The notes: generated by a model from the letters alone, not told the origin. A stretch of DNA of 32,000 nucleotides from Vibrio cholerae ATCC 14035 (GCF_000621645.1 NZ_JHXR01000011.1:120001-152000), one strand, 5' to 3'. Shown: positions 8,749-17,603, counted from the first letter of the stretch. Numbers and translations are program-made.

Positions 8749-10224
8749 ATGAGCTTGGCACATGAACTGGATTTAGAATCGCAAACTGAGTTACTGGAAC
8801 GGCTGCAACTGCTGACCCGTTTTGGTTCTAACTTGGTGAATGTTTGTGGTCGCCAAGGGGCGGGGAAATCGTGGCTCGCGCAACGATTTTTAGACAGTTG
8901 GGCGCAAGATAAAAACCAATCTTTGCTCATGTGCCATCCTAACCAAAGTGACGAGCAGCGTCGCGTGACGATGTTGTCACAGCTGTTTTCTGAGCCACTT
9001 TACAATTCCAAAGACGCCTTAGCGGAAAGCTTCGCGCGTCTATTTGAAGATCAAAATTGCGATATCGTGATTGTGGTCGATGATGCCCATTTACTCTCTG
9101 AGTCTTTGGTTTCCGAATTGTGGATGTTGGTACTCGAAGCACAAACCAATCCACGCTGGAACGTCAATGTGGTGCTGTTTGCTCAAGACAATGGTCTGGA
9201 TGCGTTATTAACGCGTTTAAGTTATGGGCAAGAACATAAGCCTGTCGATTTAGAAATTGAGATGCTCTCCGAAGATGAAGCAGATCGTTTATTCGAAAAT
9301 CGCGTCATGCGCTATGTTGATCCACAAGTTGAGCGTAAAGTGCGTAATGCTTATAAGAAGATCAATCCGTTACCGGGGGAAATTATGGCGTTGGCGGAAA
9401 CGAAAAATGAAAAACGGGTGGTGATCCGCTCGATTGTTGGCTCTCCGTTTAATATTGCCTTGGTCGTATTACTTCTCTTGTTGTTGCTGGGCGGAGGTTA
9501 TTGGTGGCTGCTGTCTAAGCCTGTTCCACAAGAGGGTAGCCTGCTTGAAGGCGAGGTCGCAGAACAAACCGCGATTCCAACCCTCAACTCCGAAGCAAAC
9601 CCTCTAGCTCAAGACGGTACCTCAAGCGCAAATGGCGATGGCATTTCTGATGCTGAAGGCGATAACTTTGGTGCCGACGATGATACCTCTGCTTTGCCAC
9701 CGGATGTGGTGGATACCACAGCCAGTGTCGGCATTGCCGATGACGGTAAGCGCGTCGTGATCAACTCTGATGTGGTGGATGCCCTGCTGCAAGGCAAAGC
9801 AGACACCGCTGATACTTCGGCGATCAACAACTTAGTAGAGTCAACTCAAGCGGCGACGGAGCTGAAAACGCAAACGTTAGAGCAAACACAAGTGCAGAAT
9901 GCTCAGCCTAAATCGGTGAGTTTCTCTTTTGCGCGTGATGAGCTGAAAGCCATGTCACCACGCAGCTACACATTGCAGTTGGCGGCGATGAATTCTCTGC
10001 AAGATGTGCAAGGCTTTATCGACGAGCACAAGCTACAAGGGAAAGTCTACGTTTACCCAACACTGCGTAACGATGTCGAGTGGTTTATTGTCACTATGGG
10101 CAACTATCCCACCATCCAAATGGCGCGTGATGCCTCAGAAAAACTCTCTGCTTCGCTACAAGCGTTAGGTCCTTGGGCTAAATCACTTAGCCAAGTTCAG
10201 CGAGAAATCGAGCGTAAGAAATAA
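8749..10224 (+). CDS. damX: DamX-like cell-division SPOR-domain protein with an N-terminal P-loop (ExeA/AAA-like) cytoplasmic domain
   Basis: The C-terminal ~80 aa (YTLQLAAMNSLQDVQGF...GPWAKSLSQVQREI) align with the E. coli DamX SPOR domain as I recall it. There is a single TM helix (IALVVLLLLLLLGGGYWWLL) and an acidic low-complexity periplasmic linker. The N-terminus carries Walker A GRQGAGKS (nt 8848-8871) and Walker B IVIVVDDAH (around nt 9064-9090). Position between aroB and dam. Confidence 0.8.
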   Translation: MSLAHELDLESQTELLERLQLLTRFGSNLVNVCGRQGAGKSWLAQRFLDSWAQDKNQSLLMCHPNQSDEQRRVTMLSQLFSEPLYNSKDALAESFARLFEDQNCDIVIVVDDAHLLSESLVSELWMLVLEAQTNPRWNVNVVLFAQDNGLDALLTRLSYGQEHKPVDLEIEMLSEDEADRLFENRVMRYVDPQVERKVRNAYKKINPLPGEIMALAETKNEKRVVIRSIVGSPFNIALVVLLLLLLLGGGYWWLLSKPVPQEGSLLEGEVAEQTAIPTLNSEANPLAQDGTSSANGDGISDAEGDNFGADDDTSALPPDVVDTTASVGIADDGKRVVINSDVVDALLQGKADTADTSAINNLVESTQAATELKTQTLEQTQVQNAQPKSVSFSFARDELKAMSPRSYTLQLAAMNSLQDVQGFIDEHKLQGKVYVYPTLRNDVEWFIVTMGNYPTIQMARDASEKLSASLQALGPWAKSLSQVQREIERKK

Positions 10225-10293
10225 ACCTGAGCTTCGCTGAAAAATATGTTACATTCCGCAGCCTTATTTTGTGGCCAACGATTAGAGCAGTAG

Positions 10294-11127
10294 ATGAAAA
10301 AGCAGCGCGCCTTTCTGAAATGGGCTGGGGGTAAATATAGCCTAGTCGAGGATATTCAACGCCATCTACCAGAAGCTCGTGAGCTGGTTGAGCCTTTCGT
10401 TGGTGCAGGCTCGGTCTTCCTGAATACGGATTTTGAACGCTATCTGCTGGCGGACATCAATCCGGATCTGATCAATTTCTACAATCTGCTCAAAACCGAA
10501 CCTCAAGCTTACATTCACGAAGCTAAGCGTTGGTTTGTGCCCGAAAATAACCGCAAAGAAGTCTACCTCGATATTCGTAAGCAGTTTAACCAGAGTGACG
10601 ATGCGATGTTTCGCTCGTTGGCGTTTTTGTATATGAACCGCTTTGGGTTTAACGGCCTATGTCGTTATAACAAAAAAGGGGGCTTTAATGTGCCGTTTGG
10701 CTCGTACAAAAAGCCTTATTTCCCTGAGCAAGAGTTAGAGTTTTTTGCTGAAAAAGCGCAGCGTGCCACCTTTATTTGCGCGTCGTATGGCGAAACCTTC
10801 GCTCGCGCGCAAAGCGATAGCGTGATTTATTGCGATCCACCTTACGCACCGCTGTCGACTACGGCCAATTTTACCTCTTATGCGGGCAATGGTTTTACCT
10901 TAGACGATCAAGCTGCGTTAGCCGATATCGCCGAGAAAACCGCCAAAGAGCGTGGAATTTCGGTGCTGATTTCCAATCACGACACCACCCATACTCGCCG
11001 TTTGTATCGCGGTGCGCAGCTCAATGTGGTCAAAGCTAACCGTACCATCAGTCGTAATGGTGCCGGACGCAATAAAGTGGATGAGCTTTTAGCACTCTTC
11101 ACGCCTCATCTTTCATCGCAAGCGTGA
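10294..11127 (+). CDS. dam: DNA adenine methyltransferase (GATC-specific, orphan)
   Basis: 277 aa with SAM-binding PFVGAGSVF and catalytic DPPY (CDPPYAP). Strongly similar to E. coli Dam and in the conserved damX-dam-rpe context. Confidence 0.95.
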   Translation: MKKQRAFLKWAGGKYSLVEDIQRHLPEARELVEPFVGAGSVFLNTDFERYLLADINPDLINFYNLLKTEPQAYIHEAKRWFVPENNRKEVYLDIRKQFNQSDDAMFRSLAFLYMNRFGFNGLCRYNKKGGFNVPFGSYKKPYFPEQELEFFAEKAQRATFICASYGETFARAQSDSVIYCDPPYAPLSTTANFTSYAGNGFTLDDQAALADIAEKTAKERGISVLISNHDTTHTRRLYRGAQLNVVKANRTISRNGAGRNKVDELLALFTPHLSSQA

Positions 11128-11253
11128 TCTTGTGGGCTGAATGGTGGATTTCCTCTCCCTGCCTCAAGTCACGCGCTAGGATCTCGTCACCAGCTTAGGT
11201 AGAATGGCGGCCACATTGTGTTCAGCTTGCATTCAATTCCTAACGAGGTCGGT

Positions 11254-11928
11254 ATGAAAGATTTTCTCATTGCACCATCCATTCTCTCCGCTGATTTTGC
11301 CCGTCTGGGCGAAGATGTTGCCAAAGTGCTCGCCGCAGGAGCGGATGTGGTGCATTTCGATGTGATGGACAATCACTACGTACCGAACCTGACGTTTGGC
11401 GCACCGATTTGTAAAGCCCTGCGCGATTACGGCATTACGGCACCGATTGATGTGCATTTGATGGTGAAACCGGTGGATCGCATCATTCCGGACTTTGCCA
11501 AAGCAGGCGCCTCCATGATCACTTTCCACGTTGAAGCCTCAGAGCACGTTGACCGCACTTTGCAGCTCATCAAAGAGTGCGGCTGTCAGGCGGGCGTGGT
11601 ACTGAACCCAGCGACACCTCTGCACCATCTCGATTACATCATGGATAAAGTCGATTTGATTTTGCTGATGTCGGTGAACCCAGGCTTTGGCGGACAATCT
11701 TTTATTCCGCATACCTTAGATAAACTGCGCGCGGTGCGTGAACGTATCAAGCAAAGCGGGCGTCAAATTCGTTTGGAAATTGATGGTGGCGTGAAAGTGG
11801 AGAATATCCGGGAAATCGCGGAAGCGGGTGCCGATATGTTTGTGGCAGGCTCGGCGATTTTTGGTCAGCCTGATTACCAAGCGGTGATTGAGCAGATGCG
11901 TGCTGAACTGGCGAAAGCCAAAATTTAA
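11254..11928 (+). CDS. rpe: Ribulose-phosphate 3-epimerase
   Basis: [20 protein letters not shown]..., [22 protein letters not shown] motifs. ATG 11254 with GAGG upstream. The track start 11218 is a non-ATG upstream extension. Confidence 0.95.
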   Translation: MKDFLIAPSILSADFARLGEDVAKVLAAGADVVHFDVMDNHYVPNLTFGAPICKALRDYGITAPIDVHLMVKPVDRIIPDFAKAGASMITFHVEASEHVDRTLQLIKECGCQAGVVLNPATPLHHLDYIMDKVDLILLMSVNPGFGGQSFIPHTLDKLRAVRERIKQSGRQIRLEIDGGVKVENIREIAEAGADMFVAGSAIFGQPDYQAVIEQMRAELAKAKI

Positions 11929-11947
11929 TCTGATTTAGGATCGTGTT

Positions 11948-12628
11948 TTGAAATCCATAAAATTAATTGCTTTTGATTTGGATGGTACGCTGCTCGACAG
12001 TGTGCCGGATTTAGCGGTAGCGGCGGATCAAGCGGCGCGTGCGGTCAGCTATCCGGCGGTGAGCGAAGCGCAGGTGCGTGATTATGTCGGCAACGGTGCG
12101 GATGTGTTGATTGCGCGCGCACTCAGCCAGAGCTTAACGATCAATCCTGAATTAAGCCCAGAGCTACGTGCTCAAGCGCGTCACCTGTTTGATGAGTTTT
12201 ATGAACAAACGGGGCACAAGCTGAGCCACCTGTATCCTAATGTTAAAACCACGCTTTTAGAGCTGCATCAAGCGGGCTTTATTCTGGCGCTCGTGACCAA
12301 TAAGCCTTCTAAATTTGTGCCAGATGTTCTAGAGCAACACGGCATCGCGCACTTTTTCAGTGATGTGATTGGCGGCGATACCTTCCCGAATAAAAAGCCG
12401 GATCCGATGGCGCTGAATTGGTTATTAGAGAAGCATCAGTTAAGCGCTGAGCAAATGTTGATGGTCGGGGATTCGAAAAACGACATTCTGGCGGCAAAAA
12501 ATGCTGGGTGTTATTCCTTCGGTTTAACCTACGGTTATAACCACGGCGAACCGATTGCCAATGCGGAGCCAGACTTCGTCTCCGATGATATTGGCACGCT
12601 GCTTGAAGTGGTGCTCGTTTCGGCGTAA
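11948..12628 (+). CDS. gph: Phosphoglycolate phosphatase (HAD superfamily)
   Basis: HAD motifs FDLDGTLLDS, VTNKP and GDSKNDILAAKNAG. An apparent TTG start has TAGGA 8 nt upstream. Conserved rpe-gph-trpS order. Confidence 0.88.
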   Translation: MKSIKLIAFDLDGTLLDSVPDLAVAADQAARAVSYPAVSEAQVRDYVGNGADVLIARALSQSLTINPELSPELRAQARHLFDEFYEQTGHKLSHLYPNVKTTLLELHQAGFILALVTNKPSKFVPDVLEQHGIAHFFSDVIGGDTFPNKKPDPMALNWLLEKHQLSAEQMLMVGDSKNDILAAKNAGCYSFGLTYGYNHGEPIANAEPDFVSDDIGTLLEVVLVSA

Positions 12629-12676
12629 AAGTTGCCGTTCGCACTAGTAAAATACTCGTTAATGAGTACACTGCTT

Positions 12677-12706
12677 GAACCGCGCCGATTCCGTGCGCGG
12701 TTTTTG
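12677..12706 (+). terminator. Rho-independent terminator-like hairpin in the gph-trpS spacer (possible partial terminator or attenuator)
   Basis: AACCGCGC (12678-12685) pairs with GCGCGGTT (12695-12702) across a 9-nt loop. The hairpin is followed by a T run (TTTTT spans 12701-12705, its first two T's completing the stem). Confidence 0.55.
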
Positions 12707-12755
12707 TCCCTTTGTTTTGTGTAATTTCAATTTCAGTCACAAGGAAATCAAACCC

Positions 12756-13772
12756 ATGAGCAAACCCATTGTATTGAGTGGTGTTCAACCGTCAGGTGAA
12801 CTAAGTATCGGTAACTACTTGGGTGCTCTACGTCAATGGCAACAGATGCAAGATGATTATGACTGCCAGTACTGTGTTGTGGATTTGCATGCAATTACGG
12901 TTCGCCAAGATCCGCAAGCACTGCATGAAGCGACATTAGATGCTTTGGCTATTTGTCTCGCCGTTGGCGTTGATCCGAAAAAGAGCACGCTATTTGTTCA
13001 GTCACACGTACCTGAGCATGCTCAACTCGGTTGGGTTTTGAACTGCTACACCCAGATGGGTGAGCTGAGCCGCATGACTCAATTCAAAGACAAATCAGCA
13101 CGTTACGCCAACGATGTGAATGCTGGTCTGTTTGGTTATCCGGTACTGATGGCGGCAGATATTCTGCTGTATGGCGCGCACCAAGTGCCAGTGGGCAGCG
13201 ATCAGAAACAACATCTGGAATTGGCACGCGATATCGCGACCCGTTTCAACAATATCTACAGCCCAGAACAGCCGATTTTTACCATTCCTGAGCCTTACAT
13301 CCCAACCGTGAATGCGCGGGTAATGAGTCTGCAAGATGCGACTAAGAAAATGTCCAAATCAGACGATAACCGCAAAAACGTGATCACCTTGTTGGAAGAT
13401 CCGAAATCGATCATCAAGAAGATCAATAAGGCGCAGACCGATGCGGAAACCCCACCGCGTATCGCTTACGATGTTGAAAACAAAGCAGGCATCGCGAACC
13501 TGATGGGACTCTATTCTGCCGCGACAGGTAAAACCTTCGCCGAAATCGAAGCTCAGTACGCAGGCGTTGAAATGTACGGCCCATTTAAGAAAGATGTGGG
13601 TGAGGCTGTGGTGGCCATGCTTGAACCCGTGCAAGCAGAATACCAACGCATCCGTAACGATCGCGAATACCTGAACAGTGTAATGCGTGATGGCGCAGAA
13701 AAAGCCTCGGCAAAAGCGCTGCAAACGCTGAAAAAAGTCTATGCGGCGGTTGGTTTTGTGGCGCGTCCTTAA
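12756..13772 (+). CDS. trpS: Tryptophan--tRNA ligase
   Basis: [24 protein letters not shown] (class I HIGH-region variant typical of TrpRS) and KMSKS (KKMSKSD). AAGGAAA lies upstream of ATG 12756. The track start 12675 lies inside the terminator region. Confidence 0.95.
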   Translation: MSKPIVLSGVQPSGELSIGNYLGALRQWQQMQDDYDCQYCVVDLHAITVRQDPQALHEATLDALAICLAVGVDPKKSTLFVQSHVPEHAQLGWVLNCYTQMGELSRMTQFKDKSARYANDVNAGLFGYPVLMAADILLYGAHQVPVGSDQKQHLELARDIATRFNNIYSPEQPIFTIPEPYIPTVNARVMSLQDATKKMSKSDDNRKNVITLLEDPKSIIKKINKAQTDAETPPRIAYDVENKAGIANLMGLYSAATGKTFAEIEAQYAGVEMYGPFKKDVGEAVVAMLEPVQAEYQRIRNDREYLNSVMRDGAEKASAKALQTLKKVYAAVGFVARP

Positions 13773-13802
13773 GCCAAAGCGAGCACAATCAAGTCACAGT
13801 GA

Positions 13803-13834
13803 ATAAAGCTAGGGTTTCCTAGCTTTATTTTTTG
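13803..13834 (+). terminator. Rho-independent terminator after trpS (end of the dam superoperon)
   Basis: ATAAAGCTAGG (13803-13813) pairs with CCTAGCTTTAT (13818-13828) across a 4-nt loop, followed by TTTTT. Confidence 0.8.
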
Positions 13835-13937
13835 CACGCGAGATAGGTTTGCACAGAGCGAAAGTGTGTGAGGAATTCTCCCATCTGCGTTTCACACGGC
13901 TACACTTAAAACACCGAAATTTAAAAGAGTGTTAGCC

Positions 13938-14702
13938 ATGAGATTCATGTTGCTGTTGATGCTAGTTGGGATGGCGCATGGAGCGCTAGCCAACCCCTTA
14001 CGTGTCTGCGTTGGGGACGTTAATGTCTGGCCACCGTTTACCTATTGGCAAGGCAGCTCTGCACAAGAAAAGGCAGAATCATTGACGGGATCAGCCACGA
14101 CCTTGGTGCTCGAAGCACTGAAAAAACAAGAGATCGAATACCAACTGCATTTCATGCCATGGGCTCGGGTTCAACAAGAATTGGCGCAAGCGACAGGTCG
14201 CTGTGACCTAACTTGGGATGCTAGCTATCGAGCCGAAAGGGCGGAATACAGCTATTTCTCGGTACCGCTCTATACGATCCAGTTGGGCTATTTCACCTTG
14301 CCGGAAAACAGTAAGGATTTGAATCTGGCTACCGACAGCGATGTACTGTGTGGGGTCAATGGTTTTAACTACCAAAATTTCGCATTACCACGAGAGCCTT
14401 CACTGACACTCAATTCTGTCCAGCAAGCCTTAAATATGCTGCAAAAAGAGCGTTGTGATTGGTTCGTGAGTGAAATTGAGCCAATTTATGGCGGGATCAT
14501 GTTAGGGCTCTATCAGTTAGATAGACCGATTCAGCATCACTTTTTAGGCAAAACCAAGGAGTACCATGTGCAGGTGCGGCGTAGCCTACCGAACGCGATG
14601 CCACTCTTAAATGGCCTTAATGAGTACATTTTACAAGCCCAATCCAGCGGACATGCGCAAGCGGTTTTTGATCGCTTCTTGTCGATAACGCAAACCGAAT
14701 AA
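13938..14702 (+). CDS. Orphan periplasmic solute-binding-like protein (SBP_bac_3 / amino-acid ABC substrate-binding fold), specificity unknown
   Basis: Signal peptide MRFMLLLMLVGMAHGALA. The family-3 SBP signature pattern is present: MPWARVQQEL...GRCDL...ERAEYSYFSVPLY. No permease or ATPase gene is adjacent. The start could be 13929 (GTG) or 13938 (ATG). Confidence 0.7.
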   Translation: MRFMLLLMLVGMAHGALANPLRVCVGDVNVWPPFTYWQGSSAQEKAESLTGSATTLVLEALKKQEIEYQLHFMPWARVQQELAQATGRCDLTWDASYRAERAEYSYFSVPLYTIQLGYFTLPENSKDLNLATDSDVLCGVNGFNYQNFALPREPSLTLNSVQQALNMLQKERCDWFVSEIEPIYGGIMLGLYQLDRPIQHHFLGKTKEYHVQVRRSLPNAMPLLNGLNEYILQAQSSGHAQAVFDRFLSITQTE

Positions 14703-14738
14703 ATCGACGCCGTGGCCGTTATGGCTTCTTTCTCCTCC

Positions 14739-14762
14739 CAGAGCGGCTCATTCGCCGCTCTG
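14739..14762 (+). terminator. Perfect 9-bp hairpin downstream of the SBP-like gene (weak terminator candidate, no clear U-tract)
   Basis: CAGAGCGGC (14739-14747) pairs with GCCGCTCTG (14754-14762) across a 6-nt loop. It is followed by ACTATTTACC, which is only weakly T-rich. Confidence 0.35.
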
Positions 14763-14971
14763 ACTATTTACCCCGCATGTTGAAACTTTGCGATGCATTC
14801 AAGTATTTACTCTATTGATGAGATGAACATCTCGATATCAATGCTGAATGTTTTTGTGTTGCATGAAAAACAGTAACACTCATCGCGTAAAGTCGTTTTT
14901 CTTTAACACAATACTGGTTCAATACACCCTGTTTTGTCTGTTAACCGCAAATAGGGAGGAGAAGGTACATC

Positions 14972-17581
14972 ATGGAAATGAGAACAACCCCGAATTTAAC
15001 GCGCTCAACGTTAGCTTTAGCGATTAGTTTTGGCTTAGTGGCGCCAAGCTACGCTGACCTATTGATTTCTCAATACGTTGAAGGCAGTAGCTTCAATAAA
15101 GCGATTGAAATTGCCAACACGTCCGATCAAACGGTGAGCCTGAATGGCTACCAACTGGCGATGTCGACCAACGGCAGCGGCACTTGGGATAAAACTTTAC
15201 CGCTCGATGGCCAAGTGATTGCGGCGCGCGATGTGCTGGTGATTGCCCACGGTAGCGCCAATAGTGCGATACTGGCGACCGCCGACCTAACCAACAACAC
15301 AGTGGTTAACTTTAATGGCAATGATCCGATTGCGCTGCTTAATAGCGATGGTTCGGTGCATGACGTGGTCGGCAGTATGGGCGGCGCAGATTTTGCGAAA
15401 GACAACACGCTCGCCAGAACAACACTCACCCCAAGCGCTACTTACCAAGCTTCCGATTGGGCGACCCAAGGCAAAGACAATATTGATGGGCTTGGCGCAC
15501 TGGATACCACCACGCCACCGAGTGCATTCAATTGTACGCTAGATGGTGCTGAACCAAGCTTTACCACCATCCAACAAATTCAAGGTGAAGGCAGTACTTC
15601 TCCCTATATCCAAGGCTATCCCTACATCACCAATGAGGATTTCTTTGTCAAAGGTGTGGTGAGTGCAGTAACGACAGGACTGACTAAAGGCTTCTATCTG
15701 CAATCGCTGGAAGATGACTACAACCCGAATACCTCAGAAGGCCTGTTCGTGTTTACCAACCAAAGCAGTTCGGACTTAGCACCGGGCGATGTGGTGTGCG
15801 TGAAAGGCAAAGTGCAGGAGTATTACAACCTGACGCAGCTCAAAGCGGAAAACAATCAGTGGGTGAAACAAGGCCAGCAAGCTGCGCCACAAGCGCAAGC
15901 CATCGAGATCTTACCTTCCGATGAACACTTTGCTCAGACGCTAGAGCGTTACGAAGGCATGCTAGTGAAAACCACACCTGAGCTGGATATGCGTGTGACT
16001 CGCACCTTTGGTTATGACTATGCTTCGCGCCGTAACAACATGGTGCTGGCACAAGGTCGCATCAATATGCAGCCAAACCAGCAGCATCCTGCCGGTTCAG
16101 AGCAAGCTTCGCAGCAGAAGCTGGATAACGCGCAGCGCCGCTTGTTTGTGGAATCCGATGCCAAAGCACCTGATGGACAAATTCCGTATTACCCGACATT
16201 TGGCCGCACCGATGTCGATCAAGATGGTTCAACCGAAGACTATATCCGAATTGATGATACGGTTTCAGGCCTCGAAGGGGTTGTGAGCTACAGCTATAAC
16301 GAATATCGCCTGATTGCAACCAACACCATCTCGGCAGAAAATCTGGTGCATAACGCACCGCGTCAAGTCAAGCCAGATCTGGATGAAGGCGATCTGCGCA
16401 TTGCCACGTTCAACGTACTCAACTACTTCAACTCGCCGTTTGGTGGTGATGCTAACCAACATGGGGATAACCGTGGCGCCAACAATCTGGCTGAATTTGA
16501 AGTGCAGCAAGCCAAGATTGTGAATGCGATTGTTCGTTTGGATGCCGATATCGTGGGTTTGATGGAAATTGAGAACAACGGCTTTGGTGAAGGTTCGGCG
16601 ATTGCGCAATTGGTGAATCAGATCAATAGCCAAATCGCGGATAAGAAAAAACACTACCGCTTTGTGGAGATTGACTCGAATGGTGATGGCAAAACCGATG
16701 CTGCCGATTCACTGGGTACTGATGTGATCACCACAGGTGTTATCTATCGCGATAAAGTGGTGAAGCTGGCGCAAAATCGTGTCATCCCAATGCCAAGCCA
16801 GCAAGCACCAGAGGTGATAAATGCCAACGGTAAAGTGATTGAAGATGGCAAAAACTATCAGCGTGATACGCTTGCCCCAACCTTTAAAGTCAAAGGTGGC
16901 AACGAGAAAATCACTGTCGCGGTGAATCACTTCAAATCGAAAGGATCAGCGTGTTGGGAAGATGCCGCGCCCGTTGAGCAAGGCGGACAAGCAGGCAAAG
17001 ATCTCGATTACCAAGGCGCATGTGAAAACTTCCGCGTCGCCGCCGCGGTAGCGTTGGGTGATGCGCTGGCGAAAATCGATGGGCACAAAGTGATTCTCGG
17101 TGATATGAACTCGTACGGCATGGAAGATCCTATGCTGGTGCTGACGGACTACACACCAGAGAAATACGGCAAAACCATTCGCGCCGCACGCAATACCTAC
17201 ATTGCCGGTGTGGAGCAGTTTGGAGATTCAGGCGCAGAGATCAAACACAGCTACGGTTATCTCAACGCAGTTGCAATGAAACATCCAGACAGTTGGAGCT
17301 ACTCATTTAATGATGAAGTCGGCGCGTTGGATCATCTGTTAGTCAGTCCAAGCCTGAAACATAAAGTCGTGGATGCGACCGATTGGCACATTAACGGTGC
17401 AGAATCGACCTTGTTTGACTACAACGATGAGTTCAAAGGCAACCTGCCGAAATACAAGGATCAATTCCGCGCCTCAGATCATGACCCAGCGGTACTGGAG
17501 CTTAACATCTACGGTGGTTCATTAGGTTTAGGCGCACTGCTTGGCTTATTGGGACTTGGTATTTGGCGCCGCCGTCGCTAG
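14972..17581 (+). CDS. xds: Extracellular nuclease Xds (ExeM/NucH family: lamin-tail domain + OB-like domain + endonuclease/exonuclease/phosphatase domain) with GlyGly-CTERM sorting signal
   Basis: Signal peptide ends at ...APSYA|DLL. LTD-like LLISQYVEGSSFNKAIEIANTSD...NGNDPIALL. The EEP domain starts at LRIATFNVLNYF and ends at RASDHDPAVLEL. The C-terminus GGSLGLGALLGLLGLGIWRRRR has the form Gly-Gly, hydrophobic helix, Arg cluster. A strong GGGAGGAGAAGG RBS precedes the start. Confidence 0.9.
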   Translation: MEMRTTPNLTRSTLALAISFGLVAPSYADLLISQYVEGSSFNKAIEIANTSDQTVSLNGYQLAMSTNGSGTWDKTLPLDGQVIAARDVLVIAHGSANSAILATADLTNNTVVNFNGNDPIALLNSDGSVHDVVGSMGGADFAKDNTLARTTLTPSATYQASDWATQGKDNIDGLGALDTTTPPSAFNCTLDGAEPSFTTIQQIQGEGSTSPYIQGYPYITNEDFFVKGVVSAVTTGLTKGFYLQSLEDDYNPNTSEGLFVFTNQSSSDLAPGDVVCVKGKVQEYYNLTQLKAENNQWVKQGQQAAPQAQAIEILPSDEHFAQTLERYEGMLVKTTPELDMRVTRTFGYDYASRRNNMVLAQGRINMQPNQQHPAGSEQASQQKLDNAQRRLFVESDAKAPDGQIPYYPTFGRTDVDQDGSTEDYIRIDDTVSGLEGVVSYSYNEYRLIATNTISAENLVHNAPRQVKPDLDEGDLRIATFNVLNYFNSPFGGDANQHGDNRGANNLAEFEVQQAKIVNAIVRLDADIVGLMEIENNGFGEGSAIAQLVNQINSQIADKKKHYRFVEIDSNGDGKTDAADSLGTDVITTGVIYRDKVVKLAQNRVIPMPSQQAPEVINANGKVIEDGKNYQRDTLAPTFKVKGGNEKITVAVNHFKSKGSACWEDAAPVEQGGQAGKDLDYQGACENFRVAAAVALGDALAKIDGHKVILGDMNSYGMEDPMLVLTDYTPEKYGKTIRAARNTYIAGVEQFGDSGAEIKHSYGYLNAVAMKHPDSWSYSFNDEVGALDHLLVSPSLKHKVVDATDWHINGAESTLFDYNDEFKGNLPKYKDQFRASDHDPAVLELNIYGGSLGLGALLGLLGLGIWRRRR

Positions 17582-17603
17582 AAAGTGGCATTTTTGATAA
17601 ACC

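Noticed and set aside
10294-11127. dam as part of a restriction-modification or other defence system
   Set aside because: No endonuclease or specificity gene is adjacent. The gene sits in the conserved damX-dam-rpe superoperon typical of the orphan, regulatory Dam methylase.
14929-14945. CTGTTTTGTCTGTTAAC upstream of xds as a PhoB Pho box
   Set aside because: The two CTGT repeats are 9 bp apart, not the 11-bp periodicity of Pho boxes, and neither repeat matches CTGTCAT well. I cannot support the call without a matrix scan or binding data.
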